A stretch of DNA of 64,000 bases from the human T2T-CHM13v2.0 reference genome, Homo sapiens, in the NCBI GenBank assembly GCA_009914755.4, contig CP068257.2, positions 41,952,001 to 42,016,000 of the forward strand, written 5' to 3'. How positions within the stretch are numbered: the stretch's first letter is position 1; every line of letters starts with the position of its first letter. Made by a program: the position numbers and the translations under genes. The notes under the pieces were generated by a model. That model was not told the DNA's origin. It saw only the letters and a list, made by a program, of their open reading frames with translations, and made no database searches. Shown here in pieces: positions 51,497 to 63,824 of this stretch.

Positions 51497-52559
51497 TAAA
51501 ATCAATCTTGCTGAACTCAAATTAATTCTGTTGATTTCCCAAACCAGAGTCAGGGAATTTTGCTTTTCATTCACTGACACACATATATGACATGAACAGC
51601 AGAGCGGTCACGGGTGATATTAAAACACCACACACCTCTTCCGCCTCCATCTTGACCACCTTGCCACCTTCTCTGTCCATAAGCTCCCCAAGTGTTTTTT
51701 TTCCCTCTACTTTCCTATGTTCTGGACAATCTCCACCCTGATCTGTGCCCCAAGAGGCAGATGTGAAGACCCACAGTAACAAGGCTCCCTCGTCCTATGG
51801 CTTCCTGTTGGATGCAATAGCAGCCCCGCAGGAAACTGGAGGACTAGAGAAGATGACCAAGGATGGGACATGTCTCCCCACTCCATCCTCCCTGCTGGGC
51901 TTCATCCTCCTGGGTGAGGTCCCAGGTGCTGTCAAGCATCTTGTCTGGAGCAACGCCTCTCGCCACGTCTGGTACCTCTCTCCCTTCTGCTCCTTCAGCC
52001 CAGGGGAGGCAATGGCGCTCCACTCGTTAGTTCCCGGATGCTTCTTTCTCCAGGCACTGGTTCCCCCAACCCTGATCACACTTTAATCTCTTCACTTTAC
52101 TCCGTTTACTCCTTTTGTTCCCTGCCAGGATATGGATGTGACACACTCTTCATGTTCTTTTATCTGGGCCACAATAAACTCCGAGTCAAAGTAATAATCC
52201 TTTTTTGGTGCTGACTCTTTGGTTCTACTCTTCATGGATATTTCTCAAGTTCTTATTTCTACAGACTACAAATAATTCTTCCCAGAACTGAAATGGGGGT
52301 ACCCCGTATCAAACTCTCAGGAAATTAATCTCAAAATATCCTACACTTTAGAAATCACATAGCGCAGTGGTTTTCAAATCCTACTGCTAAGAATCTAAGA
52401 GTACCTGGGGAACAACTACAGTCCCATAAACATTCAATTAATATCTCCATTTTACAATGTTATTTACAATTTTTATTTGGAAGTAATTTCAAATTCACAA
52501 AAACTAATGCCAAAAAAAATTCCTGTTATCTCTCTTTACCCAGACTTACCTACTATTAA

Positions 52560-53002
<443 letters not shown>

Positions 53003-53663
53003 TCAAATATCTCACCAGCGTATCATGGCTACACTAGTTCGCATTCACTGCTGATATTTTCAATGACCAAAACAAGGCTGGTTCACATTAACATCAAAAA
53101 ACATATAAACAAATTTTAAAAGGTTAAAATTATTTAACATTTTAATTATTTCAGAAATGAGGCCAACATTTTAGGTGTGCTGTCAACATACAAAAATAAT
53201 TCCAGCTCCTCTGAGACTGTCAGTGAATATCTGACTGCCACTAAGGTGCCAAATTGTCAAATGCAGCATAATGCATGAAAAGTGTTTTCTGTAAGACAAT
53301 GAAGATTTAAACAGACTGAATGGCTTTTTTATTATTTCTCTCCAAAATGAACAATTGCCAATCAAGGAAAGCAAAGAATTGCTCGATCTTAGCGATTTAA
53401 TTGTAAAACAAAAATATCTGACTCCTCTTATTTCAAGCTTCATATCAGTTTAATTAGAAAGTGTCTTCATGTTGCTAGGTGAACTACTTCAAAACCACCA
53501 TCTGCAACTCCTTATCTGTGGGATTGTGTCTTCTTGCGACTTCACAAGCAAAACTAAAAACAAACTGGATGCTGAAAGTGATCATCCAAGTACCTTCCAA
53601 AATCCCTGATACTAAATTTGTGTTTTCATCGCACCACCTTCATTGTACTTACTGATTTTATAA

Positions 53664-54047
<384 letters not shown>

Positions 54048-54172
54048 CATAAAATTTTATTTATAAAAAATAGGATTTTCCTAGTTTTAAACAAATTTTT
54101 GATACCCACTGATTTATTCACCACTGTTGGATGAATAAAGCACAAGAAGGGATGAAAGAAAACAGAGGGTGA

Positions 54173-54551
<379 letters not shown>

Positions 54552-55647
54552 GGTTTACATCTCTTGCAAACATAGCTGAGTCTTACTCGAACCTCCCTAA
54601 ACTTTTCCCAAACTCATGAAGTGACAATGGCCGAGCCAGAAGCTAAGCTGCTGGGCTGTGAATTGGAGTCTCTCTTCATTTCCCCAAGGGTTCACATAGT
54701 TTCCCACACCATCTGAGGAGGTGTTATTTACCAGGGACTCCTATGAGCCAGTCACAGTGGCACACACCTTACAGAGCTTATCTCATTTTAAGCTTTGCCA
54801 TAGCCTATGAGGTAAGCATTACTGTCCACATTTTGTAGACACTAATCAGCAGGCAGTATATAGATGATCCTGTATCTCCATACTCTCACTGCCGATCATA
54901 AATCATGACACTTTGTCCTGACTTAACCACCAAGACTAATCAAACGTCCCTTCCATTCCATCCATACAGCCACAGTCCCACACACTAATGGAACTCACGA
55001 CCTTCCTTGATGAATGCTCTAATTCATCTTCCACCCAATTCTTCAAACCTATCCTACACTCACCTATAAAAACCATTCTCCTAAAAAACGTCATTTTGAT
55101 CACTATTTTGATGGTTATTTCCATGTGGTAATTTCCAGTTGACTCTCATCTCAAATTAAAAACAATCTATGATTGTCTTCCATAAACTGTTCATTTTCCA
55201 TCCCTAATTCTGCTATACCCCCAATCCTTATTCCATACAGCAATCAAACACTAGCTGATGAACCTGCAATCGGTCCTGCTCAATCCCATGTGTGACTTTC
55301 ACATGCCACCGCCCTGGCCTAGAATATCTCCCCTTCTCCTCCTAACAAATCATGCCTCTCCCCAGTACCCATCAACTCCCTAAGACTCTCAGGCAACACC
55401 TTCGTCAGTATTATTGCAAACTGCCATTTACCTTGCCCAGTCCTCCCAAAGGGAGATGCTGGGCTAGAGTCAAAATCAAGCCCCATTCGCTACTTGATGT
55501 GTCACCTCAATCCTCTAGCTGGCTTACAAGTTACTGTATAGCCCAAGCCCATCCAAACAAAACTATATCCACACTCTAAAAGAAACTTCTCAAATCAGGT
55601 CTACTCCTTCCCTGCCTGTATTCATTCCTACCTTCAGGTTGCCTTTA

Positions 55648-56041
<394 letters not shown>

Positions 56042-56396
56042 TCAGTATGTCAAACGGCTCTTGCTGCCACAGTACAATCGTGAATTTCCTCTGTAGAGCT
56101 CTATTCTTAGAGTCATGTCTAGCATGATTAGTCTAGGAAGACAGGCTCGTGGGAAGGCTTGGGGAGGGCCATCAGATCTAGGCCTTATAAAAAGAAGAAT
56201 TTTTATTTTTCTTGATGTTGGCTAAATGGTAAAAACTCAAAAGCCAAAATTAGATAAAAGATGCCTTAGGAGGCCACAGTAAACCTCCTGGAACCAGCCC
56301 AGCCCAATCTGATCCTTCCTTTCTGTTAACACCACGTTTCCTGGAGCACATGTGAGTTTCATGAGATAGGACTGCAAACTAGAAAGAAGGGCATCA

Positions 56397-56680
56397 GGCC
56401 AGGCGCAGTGGCTCATAACTGTAATCCAGTGCTTTGGGAGGCCGAGGCGGGCAGATCACCTGAGGTCAGGAGTTCAAGACTAGTCTGGCCAACGTGGTGA
56501 AACCTGGTCTCTAACTAAAAATACAAAAATTAGCTGGCGTGGTGGCACACACCTGTAATCCCAGCTACTCGGGAGACTGAGGCAAGAGAATCGCTTGAAC
56601 CCAGGGGGCAGAGGTTGCAGGGTTGCAGTGAGCTGAGATCATGCCACTGCACTCAAGCCTGGGCAACAGAGTGAGACTCG
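56397..56680 (+). mobile_element. Alu whose tail is replaced by a GA/GGAAG microsatellite
   Basis: ggccaggcgcagtggctcataactgtaatccagtgctttgggaggccgaggcgggcagatcacctgaggtcagg...ccactgcactcaagcctgggcaacagagtgagactcgg. Confidence 0.9.
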
Positions 56681-56850
56681 GAAGAAAGAGAGAAAGAGAG
56701 ACACAGAGAGAGAGAGAGAGAGAAAAGGGAAAGGAAGGGAAGGGGAAGGGAAGGGAAGGGGAAGGGAAGGGAAGGGGAAGGGAAGGGGAGGGGAGGGGAG
56801 GGAAGGGAAGGGAGAAGGAAGGAAGAGAGAGAGAGAAAGAAAGAAGGGCA
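56681..56850. repeat. Purine-rich (GA)n/(GGAAG)n/(GGGAA)n microsatellite of about 170 bp
   Basis: gaagaaagagagaaagagagacacagagagagagagagagagaaaagggaaaggaagggaaggggaagggaagggaaggg... This is an uninterrupted polypurine run on the plus strand. Confidence 0.9.
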
Positions 56851-59800
56851 TGCAGAGACAGTAGGGTGCTCCCTCAAGACCGAATAATCAGCCAGGGAGA
56901 TAATGACAGACAAAATCAGGGGCCGAGATAATGACAGATAAAATCAGGGGCCCTGCACTCCCAACAGCTTATAAAGTAAAATGGAAATAAAACCATGTGT
57001 CTGAAGGAAGCATAGGGTACCATGACAACATTTCAAAGGAAGATTGATCATGTCGAGGTAGTCAGATTAGGCAGTGACTCTGAGCCGGGGCTGTGCCCAA
57101 TAATATAAAGCCTTTTAAGCCGTAGTATGGTTTTGCTTAGGTTTTTGGATGATAATGAGTCTGGGTGGGGTTTTTAGGTTTTTGCTCTTTATCCTAAAAA
57201 CAAAGAGAAGCGTCTGAAGACTTACGCAGGTGAATGGCATCATCAGATTGAACTGCCACAAACTACTCAGGCTACAGTGTGTCTGAGGGACTGGAGAGTG
57301 GCAGTGAGGAGACCGCCAGGAGGAGGCAGAACACAGCAGTGGAGACAGACGCAGGCTGATGATTCAGGATGCATCCATGAAGTAACACTCACAAGACTTA
57401 CTAGCGGACAGGTTTCATGCGGAGTAGTGAGGAAGAGAGACAGGTAACAAGGAAGACTCCTGGGTCTCTAGTCTGGGTGTTGGTGCTCTGGGGAGACTGA
57501 GGCAGGCCAGTGTAAGACAGGGGCAGGGAACAGATAGCATGAGGCAGATATGACAACAGGAAGTAAAAATCAGCTTGCACCGAGAAAGCAAAAGTCTGTC
57601 CTGACTTCTGTCAGGCTGGAATAACAAACACAGATAAAGTCAGGTGCCAAGTTAACAGAAAATATCTCTCAAAGACAATGCAACTGTAAAGTGTCATAAT
57701 GACCTCTTCTTTGAGTGACTGCTAACTTCTTATTCACTGAGAAGCCTTATTCTGTAAAATCCCAGACTCGCACAAATTTTGTTCTTTGAAATTATACAAG
57801 TAAGAAGATCCCACTCTTGCCTGCAGGATCTAAGTCACTGTGACACAGAAAAGAACCCTATTTCCAGCTACTGCAGAGCTTCAAGTAAGGGATTTCTAGA
57901 ACAATGTTCCACGTCTATTTGAACGTTGTAGTTTTCAAGGAAACGGGACCTGGGTCCGCTTCGCAGTCAGACTTAATATTGGTCCCTTTAGACACAGTTC
58001 TATTTTGCTTCATTTATGCTTCACCTAATACCACTCTGTCTCCAAGTCCTACAACAACTCTATCCTCTTTTTTGTTGACATGCCCCACAGTTTCTCGGTG
58101 TTCTGGTATGGTCTTCCTCACTGCAAAGAGCCATAAACCTCACTCTGTCAGACTGTGGGTCTGTTCCTGGCGACCTTAGACTGATTAGGCTAGGGCAGAC
58201 ATTTAGAATTTGAAATAATCATGAAACAAGCAGGAAGAAATGCCAAGTCGGAGTCAGGCACAAGGCCGTGAGCTTGGAGAGTTCTGGGCTAGAGAGTAAA
58301 TCCAGCAGCCACTGGCATCAAGACGGTAACTGAAGCTGTGAGTGTGCATGAGACTGCCTAGGGAGAAGCCATGGGGTGAGGCAATGAGCGGGGCCTAGGC
58401 CTGAGTCTCAAGCCCTATTGGAAGGCTGCAAAGCAGAGAAGGATAAATTTCAGCAAAGGGGAATAAGCAGGAATTGCCAGAGAGACTATGGGGAAAAAGG
58501 TGACTCTATAGCCTGGGAAAGGCCGGGACTATGAGATAAGATCTCCCAAAGGCAGACTGTGATCAAGTGACCACAGATTTGTTTGTGGCCCTCACTCGGT
58601 TTGATTTTGGCAGCGGGACTGATCACTAAAGACACTCATGTTAACTAACTCATGAGACCCTGATGTATTTTTTAGAATGCCAGTTTATTAATTTACAGTG
58701 AGAATATAACCAACCAGCAGGCTGCCATACGCTGCTACTGGTGTATGCCTATTTACCTTCCTTTCCTGAAGATAAATGCACAAGGAATGACTAATCTCAG
58801 AAAGTTGCTGGATGAGCATGAAATCAAAACTAGAGAAATTAGAAGTCAATGACCTGGCATTCTGGCAACCAATGACACGCCATGTATCTGGCAGAGTCCC
58901 AGTGGGAAAGAGAAATCAACCCAGATGTTGAGACTTTTCTGAAGGGACCACTTACAGAGGGGAGAGCAGAGATAACAGAACCACCAAGGGACAGCGAGGT
59001 ACCCAGGGACTAGCAACAGCCCTACAGCCACAGGAGCAGGGGCAGTCCAGCAAGAGCTAGGACTACGGAAGAGGCCTCTAGACAGGAGTCTCTGTTGTGG
59101 AGGGATGCAGCTACTGCCACAAAACAGCAGCAAAGCAGGGAGGGAGCAGGAAGAAACACCCCAACCTCTCTCTCCACCCAGCAATGCCTTCCATTGGTGA
59201 GCCCCACTGGCAGCCAGCAAGGGAACCAGGAGAGCCCCATCTGTAGGGATCTACCTCCCAGAGCACACCACAGGGCAGAGAAGACTGGATCCAAGGACTT
59301 CGGAGAGAATATAAACAGGACAAGGTACGGTGGATGAGAACTGTCCCTTCTAACTGGATGTGGCTGGCCCACTGACCAGATACGTTTGCACATGCCAGAA
59401 ACTCATATTCTCGGGGTGAGCTATCTTCTTGTCTGGACAAGTGCTACAGCTACCTGGGCCCCCTGGATGCACCTTTTCTAGAGGGCACACAGGGAGGGAT
59501 AACAACCAAATGTCATGCAGTAAATTGGCCTTTACCGTCAAAGGCTGATTTAATCATGATTTGGCCTCAATCAAGCAAGTGCTGAGACAATCTCAGAGTA
59601 TGTCCAGGAACTTCAATAGGCTCCTAAACTGGTATTCAACATAACAGCTCAGCTCAAATCTCAAAAGTCTGAATGGACACCAGAAAGCCTAAACTTCAAT
59701 CAGTTCTAGATACTGGCTCACCCATCCACCTAAAGATAAGTGAACACACTTCCAGCTATCTCTACTGACAAGTAAACTCCATGCAAGGTTTCCATTTGGC

Positions 59801-60129
59801 AAGATCCTTAACTTACACAGTAAGTACTTAATTTTCAGAATAGAGCTTTTCAGTTATCAAAAGTATAAAATTCTTCTGCCAATGAAGAGAGAGAGAAAGA
59901 GAAGCTGTTAATAGATGCTCAGAAAACTGGCAACCAACTTATACCAACTTACATATGTCCAAGTCACTACACTGAGGAAACCTCCCTTTCTTAGGTCATC
60001 AGACTCTCCCAAATATCATCACAAGGACTGTAAGAGTACCTTAAAATTCGTTTACAATTATTTACCTAGGGTAAATCTGCTAGAACAAATTACTGTTACC
60101 ACCAATGACTGCTGAAAATGAAGACTCAC

Positions 60130-60280
60130 TTTTTTCTACAATCTTTAATTTCTGGAAGCTCTCCAGCACCTCCCCATTTAGTATTCTGGGTAAGAAGTCC
60201 CGTATTTGCATCACTTCAGTTGTCAGCCGTTCCAGATCCTTCTTTCTGACTTTAACAAATTCCTCTTTAGTTCCCATGTG
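60130..60280 (-). CDS. HSF2BP: HSF2BP coding exon 2: HMGTKEEFVKVRKKDLERLTTEVMQIRDFLPRILNGEVLESFQKLKIVEK(+1 nt)
   Basis: The ORF-track peptide MGTKEEFVKV...KIVEK matches HSF2BP residues 14-62. The acceptor is tttag|CAC ATG (AG at plus 60281-60282) and the donor is AAAAAA|GTGAGT (plus 60124-60129). Length 151 nt, ending in phase 1. Confidence 0.92.
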
Positions 60281-60510
60281 CTAAAAGAACAAGCAGATCT
60301 TATTATATTTCTCTTCACATGAGAAAAAAAACAACAGCTCAAGTTAACTTGCTTTTCTTTCACACCTCTTATGTGCATCGTTGTTTCAAATCATGTCTCT
60401 ACCTACTGTATATTCTGCTATAGATATATTTTATGTACATACAAACATTTTGAAAGCTGAAGCTTCAGCCTTCAAAAAGGGAGCCAGATGTTAAAAATAA
60501 TAAGGACAAA

Positions 60511-60620
60511 CAGGCCAGGCATGGTGGCTCACACTTGAAATCCCAGGAATTTGGGAGGCCAGGAGTTCAAGACCAGTCTGAGCAACATGGAGAGACCCTG
60601 TCACTACAAAAATATGAAAA
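60511..60620 (+). mobile_element. Alu monomer fragment (FLAM-like, internally deleted)
   Basis: ggccaggcatggtggctcacacttgaaatcccaggaatttgggaggccaggagttcaagaccagtctgagcaacatggagagaccctgtcactac. Confidence 0.7.
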
Positions 60621-60630
60621 CGTGCCCAGG

Positions 60631-60908
60631 AGGCCCGGCGCAGTGGCTCACGCCTGTAATCCCAGCACTTTGGGAGGCCGAGGCGGGTGGATCACCTGAG
60701 GTCAGGAGTTCAAGACCAGCCTGACCAGTATGGTGAAACTCCATCTCACTAAAAATACAAAAATTAGCCAGGTGTGGTGGCCGGCGCCTGTACGCAGCAG
60801 GCTGACACGGGAAGAAGGCTTGAGCTCAGGAGTTGGAGGCTGCAGTGAGCTATGATCGTGCCACTGCACTCCAGTCTGGGCAACAGAGCAAGACCACGAA
60901 AAAGAAAA
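60631..60908 (+). mobile_element. Alu, about 350 bp upstream (in transcript sense) of HSF2BP exon 2
   Basis: ggcccggcgcagtggctcacgcctgtaatcccagcactttgggaggccgaggcgggtggatcacctgaggtcagg...ccactgcactccagtctgggcaacagagcaagaccacg. Confidence 0.9.
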
Positions 60909-61603
60909 GTCATACAAGAGCTCTATTCCTAAAAGTCAAAGAAAACGCCTGCAACTTTTTATCACTGCAGCACCAAACTAATCAGGAGGAAAAGGAAGTC
61001 ATCTGGTTTCCTACTGGGTTTGCCAAGCCCTCCGCCCGTGATCTCATCTACTATTCACCCCAAGCCTCCAAGATTGTCTAGATGGAAATTAAGGCACGGG
61101 AGCTAGATGACTCTCAATGCAGCACAATTAATAACGGGTGGAAGCAGGATGTGAACACGGATCTGGCCCCAGTCCAAGCGCCTTCTCCATCGCATGCAAT
61201 CAGTTACAGTTATAAAATCGATGGAGGGCAGATTCTCTCTAAGCCTGACGCTAAGTCCCGAAGCAGGGGGCCAGGGCCTTCGGAGGGGAACTGGGCTTCC
61301 ACGGAGCAGAGAAGAGAGTGACCATCCATCCCACGCTCCCATGCCCGCTTTGGCGCCACTGAGTGCCCCCACCACGCGCAGCCTCACAGACCGGGTCCCC
61401 GCGTGGGTTTGGAGGCGAAGTCGCCTCCCGCCCCAGGTCTCCACCCCGCTCCGGCCCAGCCCACGCCGTTAGGGGAGGAAGTCTCCAGGCTTCCCCCAAG
61501 CACGCGACAGCGAGCCGTCTCCGAGCGCACGGGGCGAGGCCCTGAGGGGAGCGAATGGCGACGGTTCAAACACGCTGGCGTCGGCCAGGGCTTCCTCACT
61601 AAC

Positions 61604-61639
61604 CCGGCAGGCCTCCTCAGCGGCGCCCGCTTCGCCCAT
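61604..61639 (-). CDS. HSF2BP: HSF2BP coding exon 1 (CDS part only; the 5'UTR extends upstream to an unmapped TSS around 61700-61800): MGEAGAAEEACR
   Basis: Minus-strand ATG at 61639-61637 in a good Kozak context (ggccATGg). It translates to MGEAGAAEEACR, matching the HSF2BP N-terminus as recalled. It is followed by a GTTAGT donor (plus 61598-61603) and lies in the CpG island. Confidence 0.85.
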
Positions 61640-62558
61640 GGCCGCTGCCGCCTCCGCTCCGTTCGCCTGAGCGTCGGCGCGCCCTCTGACCCCTCACGCC
61701 AGAAAGCGCGGGAACGAATCCACGCCGGGGGTCGGGAACGGAGAGCCGCCAGGCCCAAACCTCCCAGAATTTGCGCAGTATTCTCGGCCTAGAGAGCGAG
61801 GAGTGGCCTTGGCGAGGTCCCTCTTTGGCTCTTCTGGCTTAGCCGGGGTTTTAAACTTGTTATCTGCAAAGCAGAAGGAAAGTCAGCCCCTGATGTAAGT
61901 GTCAAGTAAAATAAATCGGATGGGTCCTTTCCTGTTTGGCGAGGAATGCTACACTAAGGGGGACTGCGTTCAAATGGGCAGTCTTTGCTGGAAACCTCGC
62001 CTCCGCGCGCCTTCCCTCGCTCGGATTCAGGCGCTTTTACGTTAAGGGTTGAATTTTTGTGTCAACAGGCACCTCGGGAGGTCGCCTAGACAACTGAGCG
62101 GAGCAACTGAGATAACCCCCGCTACGTGTGGAGTGACCTAGTCCATTAACTTGCCCCAGCACGCCCGCTGAGTCCGCAAAATATAGGATGGCCTCGGGTT
62201 TTAGATGAACCCAAAGCTAAGATTTCTTCCCTCTCTGGAATTAGCAAGCAGCCCGCCCTGCCCAACTCCCCTGGAAGCGCGCGTGCTCGCCAGGCCTCGG
62301 GACGCCTGCGCGGGCGCCCTTGCACTGGCACCAGGGCTCCGGGGTAGGGGCGCACCGATCTGCCCAAGCCTCTGCAGGCACTGGAGGAAGGCGAGCCCTC
62401 CACCCGCTCAACAGGCCCCAGTGCCGGCCTTTCCTTCCAGTCTCAACTCCACCCGGGGGCCCGGGGGCTCCACAGTTAAAAACTCCACGCCACGGAGATC
62501 GCAGGTAAGCTGCTGGCTCAACGAGGTGTGCTAAATGGGATTAAAGATCCTGGACCGT

Positions 62559-62867
62559 GGCCAGGCGCGGCGGCTCAAGCCTGTAATCCCAGCGATCAGG
62601 GAGGCCGCCGCGGGAGGATTGCTTGAGCCCAGGAGTTTGAGACCAGCTTGGGCAACATAGCGAGACACCGTCTCTACAAAAAAATAACAAATAGTGGGGC
62701 GTGATGGCGCGCGCCTGTAGTCTCAGCTACTTGGGCGGTCGAGATGGGAGGATCGATCGAGTCTGGGAGGTCGAGGCTGCAGTGAGCCAGGATCACCGCC
62801 AAGATCGCGCCACTGCATTCCAGCCTGGGCGACAGAGGGAGACCCTGTCTCAAAAACAAACAAAAAA
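62559..62867 (+). mobile_element. Alu inserted inside the HSF2BP/RRP1B intergenic CpG island
   Basis: ggccaggcgcggcggctcaagcctgtaatcccagcgatcagggaggccgccgcgggaggattgcttgagcccaggagtttgagacc... with an A-rich tail. It is flanked by a TSD atcctggaccgt and atcctagaccgt (62547-62558 and 62868-62879). Confidence 0.9.
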
Positions 62868-63083
62868 TCCTAGACCGTTTACAAACAGCCTTCCGTCTCT
62901 TCCTGGTCAAGTCCTAACCCTGGCTAACCTCGCCGTCTACAGCCTGAATTTTGGCAACCGAAAGGCAGCGCCGGCGCCACGTGCACACGGGCTGGGCCGC
63001 TCCGCCAGCTGCCAGGGCCACTGCCGCGCTCACTCCCAGAGCGCGCTGCGAGCCGCGGCGCCTTTGTGACGCCATCAGCCCGC

Positions 63084-63100
63084 GCGCCGCCGCCGCCGCC
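63084..63100 (+). repeat. (GCC)5 trinucleotide repeat in the putative RRP1B 5' leader
   Basis: gcgccgccgccgccgcc sits immediately upstream of a candidate acceptor ttctgtgcag|tcg. Confidence 0.8.
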
Positions 63101-63190
63101 TTCTGTGCAGTCGCGGCCCGGGCGGACGGTGGCTGGCTGCTCCGCAGCGCTCGGCTGGCTGCAGCGGCACCGCGGGTTGCGCGGCCGGGG

Positions 63191-63292
63191 ATGCTCCAGC
63201 GGGCGCGATGGCCCCCGCCATGCAGCCGGCCGAGATCCAATTTGCCCAGCGGCTGGCGTCCAGCGAGAAGGGCATCCGGGACCGAGCGGTGA
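63191..63292 (+). promoter_or_regulatory. Upstream ORF (33 codons, MLQRARWPPPCSRPRSNLPSGWRPARRASGTER) in the RRP1B leader, out of frame and overlapping the main ATG
   Basis: ATG at 63191 lies 17 nt upstream of the main ATG (63208) in the +2 frame, with a stop TGA at 63290-63292. Its context ccggggATGc is weaker than that of the main start. Confidence 0.5.
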
Positions 63293-63337
63293 AGAAGCTG
63301 CGCCAGTACATCAGCGTGAAGACGCAGAGGGAGACAG
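63208..63337 (+). CDS. RRP1B: RRP1B coding exon 1 (Nop52-domain N-terminus): MAPAMQPAEIQFAQRLASSEKGIRDRAVKKLRQYISVKTQRET(+1 nt)
   Basis: ATG at 63208 in a strong Kozak context (gcgcgATGg). Forty-three codons are followed by a CAG|GTGGGC donor at 63338. The peptide matches the RRP1B N-terminus (paralog of RRP1/NNP-1). The ORF-track read-through past 63337 is intronic. Confidence 0.85.
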
Positions 63338-63824
63338 GTGGGCGCACGGCCGCGGTCAGCCGCGCCACATGGCGGGCCGGGGGCCGGGGCTGGGGCTAGG
63401 GCCAGGGCCCCGGCACGGAATGCGGCTTCCACGTGTTGTCGTGACACCCAGCGTGTGCTTCGGTTTCCGCGCTGCCGGAACCGCTTCTTGCTGTGTCTAG
63501 TGCCTTTTTACACTTAAGGAAACGGGTTGAGGGGGTTCCGTTACTTATGAAAGTCACAGTAAGCGGGGAAGCTGAGAAAAGACCCACATGGGTCCGATTC
63601 CCCAGCCGGCATCTCGAATCACTGGGCTGCCCTGATTTGCCCTGGTGTCCGGTCGGTGATTGCCGCCTTCCTTTGACCAGCACCTTTACGTGACGGGGCT
63701 GCAGGAGAGAAGACAGACAAAATCACTACCCTCGAGGATCTATTAGTAATAAAGCAAGGAGGCAAACAGGCAAATAAAGTAGACCTTGTGTAAGTGTAGT
63801 AAAGGAAATGAAAACCAGGTAGCA

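Larger units (their letters stand above)
61250..63700. promoter_or_regulatory. CpG island and bidirectional promoter shared by HSF2BP (minus) and RRP1B (plus), interrupted by an Alu at 62559-62867
   Basis: GC and CpG density rise sharply here, with many CG dinucleotides and (GCC)n runs. HSF2BP exon 1 sits on the minus strand at the left edge and RRP1B exon 1 on the plus strand at the right edge. The region is TATA-less and GC-rich. Confidence 0.8.

Noticed and set aside
56641-56931. ORFs encoding 'RERERE / GKGREGEG' and 'PFPSPSLP' repeats
   Set aside because: They are translations of the (GA)n/(GGAAG)n microsatellite on the two strands.
61103-63693. Many overlapping 60-177-aa ORFs on both strands rich in Arg/Pro/Ala/Gly
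   Set aside because: This is GC-rich CpG-island sequence with few stop codons, and the ORF track also initiates at CTG/GTG/TTG. Only the HSF2BP exon 1 segment (61604-61639, minus) and the RRP1B exon 1 segment (63208-63337, plus) are real coding sequence. The RRP1B read-through past 63337 ('...GGRTAAVSRATW...') is intron.
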